Virus record (IMG/VR): IMGVR_UViG_3300044623_000784
Coordinates: 1-64,000 of that record
Length of the DNA stretch: 64,000 nt
Reading direction: 5' to 3' (one strand)
DNA from: a virus
Below, one piece after another: positions 8,363 to 17,180 of the stretch. The first letter of the stretch is position 1. Each line of letters starts with the position of its first letter. Below the pieces are notes generated by a model. That model was not told the origin of the DNA and made no database searches. It saw only the letters and a program-made list of their open reading frames with translations. The translations under genes were made by a program, and so were the position numbers.

Positions 8363-9004
8363 GTGATACCTAAAAAAATTTTTCAAACTCACCAATACAA
8401 GTACGAAGACCTTCCAAAATGGTTTAAACAAACATCAATGTCATGGATAAATCTTAACCCAGGATGGGAATACATATACCATGACGCAGTAACCAGAGAA
8501 AAGTATGTGAAAGATACCAGCCCAGAACTTTATAAAATATATGGAGAAATAAGAAAACCACACCAAGCAGATATTTGGAGATACCTTATTGTAAAAAATG
8601 AAGGTGGTGTATATGCAGATATGGACTCATTTTGCTTAGTTCCAATGGATTATATTTTAGATGGCTTACCAGAACATATTGACCTTGTATCTACTAAAAC
8701 CGAAGCCCGTGAACACACAAACAATGCAAACTTTGCAGCCGTAAAAAATTCAAAATTGCTTAACTCTTGCGTAGACAGTATCATAAAGGCACACAGTATT
8801 TTTTTAAATAAACCTGATCAACAGATAATCCATTCGTGTTTTACAGATGGGGTTAAAAATAACCCAGATATAGTTTCTAAAACAATGAGGGCTGGGCATG
8901 GCTCATCCTACAAGACAGAGTTTGATCAAAATATCCAGAGAATAGACTATTACGGGCAAGAAATGACATATGAAGAGTTTTTGTCAAGACACAATATGAT
9001 ATAA
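8363..9004 (+). CDS. glycosyltransferase, GT32/OCH1-like (DXD)
   Basis: IPKKIFQT, LNPGWEY, ADIWRY, GGVYADMD. Confidence 0.88.
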   Translation: MIPKKIFQTHQYKYEDLPKWFKQTSMSWINLNPGWEYIYHDAVTREKYVKDTSPELYKIYGEIRKPHQADIWRYLIVKNEGGVYADMDSFCLVPMDYILDGLPEHIDLVSTKTEAREHTNNANFAAVKNSKLLNSCVDSIIKAHSIFLNKPDQQIIHSCFTDGVKNNPDIVSKTMRAGHGSSYKTEFDQNIQRIDYYGQEMTYEEFLSRHNMI

Positions 9005-9138
9005 TCAATATATGAATAAGTCCAAATGCTTTTTTTGTGAAAAGGAAGCCACACATTACGATGTTGTTGTAGATCACTCTGATTATGTGGTTGCGGACGT
9101 ATGCTTTAATCATTTGTCTATGAGTCTTAGTTCATAGA

Positions 9139-9375
9139 ATGTCTCACAGAATACTTAAAGATGGATCAGAAGTTGAATCTTTTGATAAGCCAGTTGATTT
9201 AATTATTCATACTAAAGCCCCTGGAAAATGGAAATTGACTGACTTAGAAACAGGTGAAGAGTACCTTGGATCTGAGATAAGTACAGACTTTGCAGAAGTC
9301 TTAAGAGAAAAAGTTAACATTAATAAAATAGGCACTTGGGTAAAGACCAAGTGGAAACAAAAGCAAGTTGACTAA
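9139..9375 (+). CDS. hypothetical protein
   Basis: 78-aa ORF after TAGAAT. Confidence 0.7.
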   Translation: MSHRILKDGSEVESFDKPVDLIIHTKAPGKWKLTDLETGEEYLGSEISTDFAEVLREKVNINKIGTWVKTKWKQKQVD

Positions 9376-9402
9376 ACCCTTACTTTAAGGTATACTAAAT
9401 AT

Positions 9403-9687
9403 ATGGAACAATGGATGAACGACTACGCCTCATATATACTTGTTATAAGTGGTGCTGCAGCCATGTTTACTATTGGCCGTAAAAAGCGATGGGGCTGGCT
9501 TTGGTTTATATTTAATGAATTTATGTGGACGGCCTACGCTCTAATTACAAAGCAGTATGGATTTATCCTTGGCGCTATTCTATACGGAATAGTGGGAGTA
9601 AGGTCATACATGAGATGGAAAGACATATCATTAGACAAACACTCTTGGAATAAATTTCTTAAGTTAGTTTGGTCACCAAATGATTAA
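9403..9687 (+). CDS. small membrane protein, PnuC-like half
   Basis: Three hydrophobic segments, RKKRWGWL..W..Y pattern. Confidence 0.55.
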   Translation: MEQWMNDYASYILVISGAAAMFTIGRKKRWGWLWFIFNEFMWTAYALITKQYGFILGAILYGIVGVRSYMRWKDISLDKHSWNKFLKLVWSPND

Positions 9688-9886
9688 CATGGAAATTCCT
9701 GATCCATTTCAAACCTTTGTAGCCAACAAGTATGCTAATGCCAAAGGTGCTGTGTATGATTTCTTTGCTAAGGAATGGCATATGAGGTGTGGATGCTGTA
9801 AAGAAGAATTGTTTGCTCCAACCCGCAAAATTTTAACAAAAGTTAGACTGTTTCATACAAGAAATGAATGTTTGGGTGGGTATTAA
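9680..9886 (+). CDS. hypothetical protein
   Basis: 68 aa, CGCC...H...C. Confidence 0.7.
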   Translation: MINMEIPDPFQTFVANKYANAKGAVYDFFAKEWHMRCGCCKEELFAPTRKILTKVRLFHTRNECLGGY

Positions 9887-10128
9887 GCAATACTGCCAGA
9901 ACCAGTTACTGATCCAGATCCAGTTACTGACTTAACACCATATGGTGCCCAGTTATCGTTACTTCCTCCACCCACTGCAGGTGGATATCCTGGATTACCA
10001 GGGTTGCTAATTCTAATAAAGTATGCTCCGTCAATACCGTATGGGTCTCCATCAGTAATAACTGTGTCTCCAATGGCATAAAGTGCTCCATTGTTATATA
10101 GTCCTTGATAATTTGGTGGTGTAGGCAT
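9883..10128 (-). CDS. small protein resembling a carbohydrate-binding module (CBM5/12-like)
   Basis: YNNGALYAIGDTV...PGYPP...W. Confidence 0.5.
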   Translation of the reverse strand: MPTPPNYQGLYNNGALYAIGDTVITDGDPYGIDGAYFIRISNPGNPGYPPAVGGGSNDNWAPYGVKSVTGSGSVTGSGSIA

Positions 10129-10381
10129 GAGATTATTATATCATCTGTTTTGACATCCAAGCGTGGTGGGTGTATACTTAGTATATGAAAAAGAAAAATG
10201 AGTGCTCATCATGTGGCCTATCACACAAAGATCCTATATTTTGGAACACTCATCAAACCATGAGCGATGGACATATATGGTGCACCAATGCCAAAAGAAC
10301 CTAAGATAACTCAGATGGATTGGCGTAGCCTTGGCTATTGGCCAGAATATAAAAACGGGAAGAAAGTGTGGGTACCTAAAG

Positions 10382-10684
10382 ATGACACGAACAACAAAGA
10401 TAGAGAAGACTAGAATATGGCCATTAAGAGTCATAGGCAACTTCTGTGGTGGCTTTGCTGGTAATCATTTGTTTAAGGCTATGATGTTAGAGGAAGAGTT
10501 GGATGCTGACCTAGGCTTTCGTCATAAGTACCACGCAAAAATGTGGGTAATTCTTAACAAACCTTATAGTTGGTGGGGTACATACTACCAACTTGATATA
10601 GAACAAATGAAAAAAGACTTAGAGGGTTCAGGGTGGGATGACTATGACGAGTTTGGTAAAGCCTATTGGGATAAAGATGAGTAG
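10382..10684 (+). CDS. hypothetical protein
   Basis: ORF 10331-10684, likely ATG at 10382. Confidence 0.65.
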   Translation: MTRTTKIEKTRIWPLRVIGNFCGGFAGNHLFKAMMLEEELDADLGFRHKYHAKMWVILNKPYSWWGTYYQLDIEQMKKDLEGSGWDDYDEFGKAYWDKDE

Positions 10685-10804
10685 GATCCTTATCTGCCCC
10701 GTTTGTAAAAAGGAATGGGATTTACGCTGGGGCATTATGGCTAATGAATCCCTGTCCAGACACATGAAAGACTGCACAAAATAAAGTTATGGTATCATAG
10801 AGAC

Positions 10805-11488
10805 ATGGAAAAAATATACTTAGATGAAGATAAGCAAATTTGGATCATTGAAGACTTTCTTACAAAAGAAGAGTTAGAGTGGTTTAAGACTCAGACTGAT
10901 GATTTAAATGGATGGTATGCAACAATGAGATCTCCATATGGAAATATTTTAAACAAATTTTTAAACATTGTTCCCAAGTATGATGAGACTGGTAATATTA
11001 TTTTTCCAAATAAAGATTCAGAAGTTATTAACTTACCAGTATTTTCTGATCCCGACGGAGTTTGGGACAGACTTGATTCTGTTTTGCCACCATCATACAA
11101 AAGACACGCAACACTACAAACATTTAAGTATATGACTGATGAAGAAATTGAAACAAATGTAAACCCAGATGTTTTAACTGAGTATGGAGTAAAGACAGAA
11201 GATATTGATTTTGCAATGTATTGGCATCAAGATCCTGGAGCAGAAAGCAACATCAATGCATCATTTAGTCTTTATCTTAATGATGATTTTGAGGGCGGAG
11301 AACTAGAGTTTGGAAACTTGCCAATTAAAGTTAAGCCCAAGGCTGGCATGCTTGCTGTAATCCCTGGTGGAGACAAGTACAAGCATAGAGTAAATAAAGT
11401 TCTTGGACCTAACTCAAGACACACACTGTATGGAAACTCATTTATAGACATTGAGTCTGCTCCAGAAAGTACCGCAGACGACTGCTAA
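10805..11488 (+). CDS. 2OG-Fe(II) oxygenase, prolyl-4-hydroxylase-like
   Basis: IEDFLTKEE, WHQD, LYLNDDFEGGELEF, HRV, R. Confidence 0.88.
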   Translation: MEKIYLDEDKQIWIIEDFLTKEELEWFKTQTDDLNGWYATMRSPYGNILNKFLNIVPKYDETGNIIFPNKDSEVINLPVFSDPDGVWDRLDSVLPPSYKRHATLQTFKYMTDEEIETNVNPDVLTEYGVKTEDIDFAMYWHQDPGAESNINASFSLYLNDDFEGGELEFGNLPIKVKPKAGMLAVIPGGDKYKHRVNKVLGPNSRHTLYGNSFIDIESAPESTADDC

Positions 11489-11508
11489 AAGGGTGTTATA
11501 ATATAAAC

Positions 11509-12297
11509 ATGAAATCTATATATGACATCCAATTGGACTCTGCCGAAGGCACTCCAAACTTTCTAGAACAATTCAAGGGCAAAGCAGTATTGCTCATCAA
11601 CACAACTGTGGGTTGTGGTAACGCTGGTCAGATGGAGTCCATTCAGTGGATCCAAGAAGACATGGCTGGAGAAGACTTTACCGTTGTAGCAATTCCTACT
11701 AACGACTTCTGTGGTCCAAGCATTACAAAGGGCAAGTGGTCAAAAGGTATTACTTGTGGTATGGATTCTAAGTTATACGGAGAAGATGTCTATGGTGTTA
11801 CATTCCCATTCTCAGAGATGATTGTTTCTAATCCCGCAGAAATTCCATTAGAGGCACCATGGCTTGGACAAGGTCCAGGGCTTAACGGAAACGGTCAGCC
11901 ATTTGGAGAAAGACATGAACTTTATTTAGAGATCTCTAATCAGATTAGATTGCTTGCTGAAGACAAAGTTGCAAACGGTATAGTTGAAAAGACAGATTAC
12001 GAATCACGATACCTAAATCAACATGATGGTGGTTCTATGATGAACGCTAACTTTGAAAAGTATTTAATTGACAAAGATGGTTACGTAGTTAAGCATTATC
12101 CTGCTACAACACTAAACTGGGATGTAGAGCGCACTCTTAAAGAAGATCTTGCAGCACAAGGAATCTGGGCAAAGATGGGTCCAGATAGATCTGAGTACAT
12201 CTTCAATGAAGAAAACGCTGTTATTCGTGACCATATTGAAAGACTTATGGCTGGCGAAAGATCACGCATCAACCCAAACCTAGTTCTATCTAACTAA
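11509..12297 (+). CDS. divergent glutathione peroxidase-like protein
   Basis: KGKAVLLINTTVGCG, AIPTNDFC, NFEKYLIDKDG; large inserts. Confidence 0.75.
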   Translation: MKSIYDIQLDSAEGTPNFLEQFKGKAVLLINTTVGCGNAGQMESIQWIQEDMAGEDFTVVAIPTNDFCGPSITKGKWSKGITCGMDSKLYGEDVYGVTFPFSEMIVSNPAEIPLEAPWLGQGPGLNGNGQPFGERHELYLEISNQIRLLAEDKVANGIVEKTDYESRYLNQHDGGSMMNANFEKYLIDKDGYVVKHYPATTLNWDVERTLKEDLAAQGIWAKMGPDRSEYIFNEENAVIRDHIERLMAGERSRINPNLVLSN

Positions 12298-12313
12298 CAG
12301 AAAGAAGACTCAT

Positions 12314-12742
12314 ATGAGTATATATGACTTGTCATTTATTGACAACTCTGGTAATGAAATAAAACTGGAAAGTTTTAAAGGTAAAAGCATATTGATAGTT
12401 AACACTGCAAGCCAGTGTGGATACACAAAACAATATGAAGACCTACAAAAGATCCAAAGCGACTCTGTTGTTGTAATTGGATTTCCATGTAATCAGTTTG
12501 GTAATCAAGAGCCAGGAACAACAGAAGAAATCAAAGCATTCTGCACAAACATCTATGGTATAACCTTTCCTATATCACAAAAGGTAGAGGTTAATGGTCC
12601 TAATGCACACGAGATATATAAGTACTGCAAAGACAGTGCTAACGTTACTAATATTGGTTGGAACTTTGAGAAATTCTTAGTATCTGTTGACGGATCAATT
12701 ACTCATTATCCTAGTTCACATCAAGTATCAGACATCGTTTGA
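12314..12742 (+). CDS. glutathione peroxidase (BtuE/Gpx family)
   Basis: VNTASQCGYT, GFPCNQFGNQEPG, WNFEKFLV. Confidence 0.95.
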   Translation: MSIYDLSFIDNSGNEIKLESFKGKSILIVNTASQCGYTKQYEDLQKIQSDSVVVIGFPCNQFGNQEPGTTEEIKAFCTNIYGITFPISQKVEVNGPNAHEIYKYCKDSANVTNIGWNFEKFLVSVDGSITHYPSSHQVSDIV

Positions 12743-12773
12743 CAATCAGTTTGCCTTAAGGTATACTTGAACT

Positions 12774-12947
12774 ATGAGTATAGATGATATGACATTACGA
12801 GAAGAAATTGCAAGGGCTATAGAAGCCATACCTATTGAACCATCAATAACAAATGCTTTAGGCATGCGTACAGAAGCAGCAAAAATTGCAAGAGGATTGG
12901 ATAATTATATGACTCAATGGTATGAAAGGCAGGTAGATTTCGAATGA
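12774..12947 (+). CDS. small hypothetical protein (57 aa)
   Basis: MSIDDMTLREEIA...; follows TTGACA/TATACT promoter. Confidence 0.6.
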   Translation: MSIDDMTLREEIARAIEAIPIEPSITNALGMRTEAAKIARGLDNYMTQWYERQVDFE

Positions 12948-13016
12948 TAAGTTTTTTCTTTTTAATTCCAGCATTCTTGGTAGGTTATGTAGCATGCTAC
13001 CTTATTATGACATATC

Positions 13017-13484
13017 ATGTTGATCAAAACTAGCCCAAGTTCATCTGCGTACATCTTTGACGTAGATGGCACCCTGGCCAATGTAGATCCTTACCTGCAT
13101 TATGTTCGTGGCTCTAATAGGGATTACGAGGCTTTTCATGAGGCTTCTATTGATGCCCTGCCAAATATACAGGTAGTAGAAATGTTAAACCATGCTTTCT
13201 TTGATCAGATGCACGTTATTATTGTCACATCAAGAAAAGAAACTTGGCGTGGACTAACATCATATTGGCTTGCCAAAAATGACATTGGTCACCATGCACT
13301 GTACATGCGTAGTGACGATGATAACAGGCCAGACTACGAAGTTAAAAAAGATATCTTACTTAAGATTAAGAAACATTGGAATGTTGTTCATGCAGTAGAT
13401 GATAATCCCAATGTGATTAGATTGTGGGAAGATCATGGAATTCCAACTACTAAGATTGGTACATGGGATGGAAACAAGTCTTGA
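13017..13484 (+). CDS. HAD-family phosphatase (polynucleotide kinase 3'-phosphatase-like)
   Basis: FDVDGTLA, VTSR, MR..DD.RPD..VK, VDDNP. Confidence 0.85.
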   Translation: MLIKTSPSSSAYIFDVDGTLANVDPYLHYVRGSNRDYEAFHEASIDALPNIQVVEMLNHAFFDQMHVIIVTSRKETWRGLTSYWLAKNDIGHHALYMRSDDDNRPDYEVKKDILLKIKKHWNVVHAVDDNPNVIRLWEDHGIPTTKIGTWDGNKS

Positions 13485-13515
13485 TACTTTTATCTCAGTA
13501 TGGTATGATTAGTTT

Positions 13516-13653
13516 ATGAGCAAACGAGTTAAGAAGATTTATAAGTGTGTTGAATGTGAAACAATGATTACGATTGTAACCAAGGTTCACGAACTTCCAG
13601 AGTCAATAATCTGTCCTTGTGACAACGTAGCAGAAAGCCAGGGTGCAAAATGA
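13516..13653 (+). CDS. small Zn-ribbon protein
   Basis: YKCVEC...ICPC, hand-read. Confidence 0.55.
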   Translation: MSKRVKKIYKCVECETMITIVTKVHELPESIICPCDNVAESQGAK

Positions 13654-13743
13654 GAAAGTCTAACAACAAAACCTCTCAGCATAAGATTAAGAGAGCAACA
13701 AAGAACAAGAAGAGAATACAGGATAAGCCTTATCTTTCTAAAT

Positions 13744-13968
13744 TTGAACGCAAACAGCAACGGATCAGAGAAGAAATTATTCTTGGATCTTTACGCTCAG
13801 TCCCTAACTAGAACTGGAGATATTGTGGTAGATCAAGACGAAGTAAATAAAATATCAAAAGAAATAAAACGTTACATTATTAAACAACACATGAAAACAT
13901 ACTATCATTCTACTATTGGGATTTTATGCTTTCTTCTTGGAACATTCTTTGGCTTACTAATTAAATAA
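13744..13968 (+). CDS. hypothetical protein with C-terminal TM helix (start uncertain)
   Basis: Hydrophobic C-terminus; a downstream GTG after GGAG is an alternative start. Confidence 0.5.
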   Translation: MNANSNGSEKKLFLDLYAQSLTRTGDIVVDQDEVNKISKEIKRYIIKQHMKTYYHSTIGILCFLLGTFFGLLIK

Positions 13969-13974
13969 GGACTA

Positions 13975-14052
13975 GCACCAGTAGCCAAGTTGGTTAAGGC
14001 ACCGAACTCATAATTCGGCTATTCGTAGGTTCAAGTCCTACCTGGTGTACCA
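13975..14052 (+). tRNA. tRNA with CAT anticodon (Met or Ile2)
   Basis: GCACCAG/CTGGTGT acceptor, CCGAA-CTCATAA-TTCGG, encoded CCA. Confidence 0.92.
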
Positions 14053-14053
14053 T

Positions 14054-14125
14054 ACCTCTGTAACTCAGCGGAAGAGTAGCGGACTTCTAATCCGTTTGTC
14101 GCAGGTTCGATTCCTGCCAGGGGTA
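14054..14125 (+). tRNA. tRNA-Arg(TCT)
   Basis: ACCTCTG/CAGGGGT acceptor, GCGGA-CTTCTAA-TCCGT, GGTTCGATTCC. Confidence 0.9.
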
Positions 14126-14144
14126 CATGGTATAATTATATTGT

Positions 14145-14209
14145 GACAATATAGTCGCTGTATCTTTGTCGGGAAACTTTTTTATAGCGTGTTGCAACAC
14201 TATATTGTC
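14145..14209 (+). ncRNA. candidate structured small RNA
   Basis: 11-bp closing stem GACAATATAGT/ACTATATTGTC, inner stems, TGGTATAAT at 14128-14136. Confidence 0.45.
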
Positions 14210-14218
14210 CTTAACTTA

Positions 14219-14247
14219 AAGTCCTGGGTATGACTTAAAAACTACCC
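14219..14247 (+). ncRNA. Repeated pseudoknot-like motif, copy 6
   Basis: AAGTC-CTGGGTAT-GACTT-AAAAAC-TACCC (compensatory GGGTA/TACCC). Confidence 0.7.
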
Positions 14248-14493
14248 AAATATAGATCTTATAACAGATTCTGGCTTAACTCCGCCAAGCATATTATGAT
14301 ACTCTCCATCAATAAGTGCAATGAATGTTGGAACAGACTGAACTCTATACTCTCTGACTAACTCAGTCTCCGCATCTACGTCAACCTTTGTATATTTTAT
14401 ATCTGGGTTATCGTTAATAAACCTTTCAATGACTGGAGCCATACTCTTGCATGGGTTACACCAATCTGCTGTAAAATGTAAAAGTTCTTTCAT
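14242..14493 (-). CDS. thioredoxin
   Basis: FTADWCNPCK, VDVD, SVPTF. Confidence 0.92.
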   Translation of the reverse strand: MKELLHFTADWCNPCKSMAPVIERFINDNPDIKYTKVDVDAETELVREYRVQSVPTFIALIDGEYHNMLGGVKPESVIRSIFG

Positions 14494-14621
14494 GGCTTTG
14501 GCTTATGCTTTACTTCATAAGGGGCAATCTTAGACTTGATGCGACCATCTTTATATAGTCTAACAATCCATCCATCTTTAATCTGAACAGGGTTAAAGGC
14601 TGCTGCTTTTTTCTTTGGCAT
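14490..14621 (-). CDS. small basic protein (43 aa)
   Basis: MPKKKAAAFNPVQIKDGWIVRLYKDGRIK...; coupled to both neighbours. Confidence 0.6.
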   Translation of the reverse strand: MPKKKAAAFNPVQIKDGWIVRLYKDGRIKSKIAPYEVKHKPKP

Positions 14622-15061
14622 TACTTTGCCACCTTAAATGGAGAATCAACCCAACTATCTGATTTGGCAACTGGGATACAGTTAGGCACTGGCTTTCCGT
14701 CTGCACCTGGTTTCATTCCTCTTTGTACATATCCATCCCAGCAAGGTGCTGCTTTGCCCATTTGTGCATCATACATAGCCATAGCAACTTCTGAATCTTC
14801 AGGCTCAACCATTAGTGGTGGGATCTGTACATACATAGACATTGCACATGCAGTGTATAGTCTTGTTGCTTCCCATAATCCGCTTTCTTCTTGTTCAAAT
14901 AGTTGAATCATTACCGCAGGATTTTCTGCACTTGCTTCCATATAATATTCTGTTTCTGGATTACCAAGAGCGCCTTCATACATAACATGTACTACTTGCC
15001 CTATGTGTGTATCTCCTTCTCCACCGTGGGAGGTCATTGCGAAATCGCCTTCTTTTAACAT
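14621..15061 (-). CDS. hypothetical phage protein
   Basis: C-terminal CWDGY..GMK..VPNC segment. Confidence 0.75.
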   Translation of the reverse strand: MLKEGDFAMTSHGGEGDTHIGQVVHVMYEGALGNPETEYYMEASAENPAVMIQLFEQEESGLWEATRLYTACAMSMYVQIPPLMVEPEDSEVAMAMYDAQMGKAAPCWDGYVQRGMKPGADGKPVPNCIPVAKSDSWVDSPFKVAK

Positions 15062-15078
15062 ATTAATAGTATACCATA

Positions 15079-15345
15079 TTAACCAGCAAGCCTATTATGA
15101 GTCCTTATCCTATGGCAATTGGCACAAACCACCTCACACTTTTCGATCTCTTTCTTAATAGCCTTCCAGGAAAAACCATCGTGGATCATTCTGGATATGT
15201 TATATTTCTTATCTCTTACATGATCAAAGTCTAAGATTATGTGGTTACCAACACCACAGTCTACACAGCCAGAATCCTCTTTTATCTTAGCAAGCATCTT
15301 CTTATACTGCTGCTTATTATAATGGTCTAACTCTTTGTCAGTCAT
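15079..15345 (-). CDS. HNH endonuclease
   Basis: CVDCG, LDFDH, CEVVCANCHRIRT. Confidence 0.88.
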   Translation of the reverse strand: MTDKELDHYNKQQYKKMLAKIKEDSGCVDCGVGNHIILDFDHVRDKKYNISRMIHDGFSWKAIKKEIEKCEVVCANCHRIRTHNRLAG

Positions 15346-15374
15346 TGCTATTATTATACCGTGAAAATATTAAG

Positions 15375-15458
15375 GCCCCACACAGGCAATTCACCTGACT
15401 TGCGCCACGGTCTCTATCCAATGGGTAACTAATCCATCACTAAGGTCCTGTGTGGGAC
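15375..15458 (-). ncRNA. candidate structured small RNA
   Basis: 12-bp closing stem GTCCCACACAGG/CCTGTGTGGGGC, inner TGGC-GCAA-GTCA, TATAAT at 15470-15465. Confidence 0.5.
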
Positions 15459-15473
15459 ACTTCTATTATACTG

Positions 15474-16517
15474 CTACTTTGAACTTATTTCTGCTACTCT
15501 TGCCTTTGAAAACTTGAGCATAGCACTTCTGATTGGAGAGTAGCCAAGATCTTCAGCCTTCTTGCCACAGGTATCAAGCATAAAGTTAAAGAACTTTTTA
15601 ACGGAATCATTTTTTGAGTTCTTCTCTTTGTATGCTATACCGTATGTGAATGTTGATATGTTATAGGATAGTTTATTAGGGTTCTTGTAATTAATTTTAA
15701 CTACGCCACTCTTGTCTGGGACAAAGTCTCCAAGGAATACTGACGCTGCACTCACTGTTGGCTGTATAAACCTTCCAGCCTCATTCTCAACAGAGACTGT
15801 CTTTAGTCCTCTTGCATATGATATCTCATTGTATCCAATAGATCCATTTGTAGTTCCTTGTACCATTGCAATTCCATGAGACCCAGAAGCGCTGGTCATA
15901 TAACTCTTAGATATATCTCCAGGGAATGCAGTACCAAAGTTTTTATTCCCTGGTTTGTTCCATATAGTTGGAGCAACTGCATTAAGGTATGAGGTAAAAA
16001 CTTCTGAAGTTCCAGAACCATCAACACGGTATACAACTCTAATCTTTGTTGCTGGTATCTTAGGTAGTTTTCCTGATATAAGGTTTTCTTTTAATATCTG
16101 TGGGTCGTTCCACATTGTTATTTGTCCCGCAAAAACTTTAGCAAGGGTATCTTTACTCATCTTGATAGTAACTTTATATCCATCAAGTTTGTAGATAATT
16201 CCAATTGGCCCTGCTACCAATGGAACATATACAAACTCTTTTGATGGCTTTACTTCTGTACCAGAGTAAGGAACATCTGACATAGCAAAGTCTGTTACTC
16301 CATTTGAAAACATATTCTTTCCAGCACCTGATCCAGATGCTCCATATACAACAGAATCTCCTGTTGATTTCATAAATTCGACCCTGCATCTGTCTATAAA
16401 GTTAGCAGCAAATGTGGATCCAGCACCTTGAAGGTTGTCAGCATGTGAAGGGGTAATAAAAAAAGCATTAGCAAATATGGCTAATGCTACTGGTAAAGCA
16501 ATGAATTTAAATTTCAT
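15474..16517 (-). CDS. pstS: phosphate ABC transporter substrate-binding protein
   Basis: Signal peptide, GAGSTF, GSGAG, DFAMSD, R.DGSGTS; start reassigned to MKFKF. Confidence 0.92.
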   Translation of the reverse strand: MKFKFIALPVALAIFANAFFITPSHADNLQGAGSTFAANFIDRCRVEFMKSTGDSVVYGASGSGAGKNMFSNGVTDFAMSDVPYSGTEVKPSKEFVYVPLVAGPIGIIYKLDGYKVTIKMSKDTLAKVFAGQITMWNDPQILKENLISGKLPKIPATKIRVVYRVDGSGTSEVFTSYLNAVAPTIWNKPGNKNFGTAFPGDISKSYMTSASGSHGIAMVQGTTNGSIGYNEISYARGLKTVSVENEAGRFIQPTVSAASVFLGDFVPDKSGVVKINYKNPNKLSYNISTFTYGIAYKEKNSKNDSVKKFFNFMLDTCGKKAEDLGYSPIRSAMLKFSKARVAEISSK

Positions 16518-16592
16518 ACTTACAGTATATATGACAAGGCTATAAACTTTTGTTATAATTGGTAAACTAAGAATTAAATTTAGATGAATAAT

Positions 16593-16618
16593 GAGCAGTT
16601 TATGGACTTGCTCAGGTC
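16593..16618 (-). ncRNA. Repeated pseudoknot-like motif, copy 7
   Basis: GAC-CTGAGCAA-GTC-CATAAAC-TGCTC on - strand. Confidence 0.7.
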
Positions 16619-16620
16619 TC

Positions 16621-16695
16621 CCAGGGTGCGACCCTGGCTTGTCCGTACTCAGCAATAAGGTTGCTAAAAGCAACTGCATGTATCATGACGGAATA
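16621..16695 (-). ncRNA. candidate structured small RNA
   Basis: TCCGT/ACGGA, GTTGCT-TTT-AGCAAC and CCAGGGT-CGC-ACCCTGG stems; TATAAT at 16707-16702. Confidence 0.45.
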
Positions 16696-16707
16696 CTATC
16701 TATTATA

Positions 16708-17124
16708 CTATTTAATTTTAATAGATTTTGGCTTTTTGTCTTCAGGAACAATGCGTACAACATTTACATGTAGCATACCATCCTTTAGTTCTGCAGAAGT
16801 TACTTCCATGTACTCTCCCAGTGCAAAAGATCTTACAAACTTTCTTCCTGCGATTCCCTTGTGAACTACCTCTGCATCTGTCACTTCAACAATCTCACCC
16901 TTGATGATCAGTGTTCCATTATCTACTGAAACATCAATATCGTCTTTTGAAAAACCAGCGACAGCCAGTGAAATCTTGTATGTATCTTCATCTAGTTTGA
17001 TTAGATCATACGGAGGGTATGACTGTGAGTTTGTTTTATGTGCTGTATTTAGGCGACTCAACTCTCTGTTGAAGCCAATAAAAAAAGGATCATTGAATAG
17101 ATCCATAGCGTACTTTGTTACCAT
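16708..17124 (-). CDS. small heat-shock protein (Hsp20/IbpA family)
   Basis: YPPYDL, LAVAGFS, HKGIAGRKF, A.LKDGML. Confidence 0.95.
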   Translation of the reverse strand: MVTKYAMDLFNDPFFIGFNRELSRLNTAHKTNSQSYPPYDLIKLDEDTYKISLAVAGFSKDDIDVSVDNGTLIIKGEIVEVTDAEVVHKGIAGRKFVRSFALGEYMEVTSAELKDGMLHVNVVRIVPEDKKPKSIKIK

Positions 17125-17180
17125 GTTATTCCCCTTTCAAGCGAATAAGTTAATTCCCCCCATTTGGGCAGGTATAAATA

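Noticed and set aside
16518-16679. N-terminal extension of PstS in the ORF track
   Set aside because: The signal peptide begins at 16517 right after a TATACT; the extension overlaps structured non-coding elements.
17125-17180. RNA thermometer in the hsp20 leader
   Set aside because: Only weak pairing with the RBS; no clear ROSE or fourU signature.
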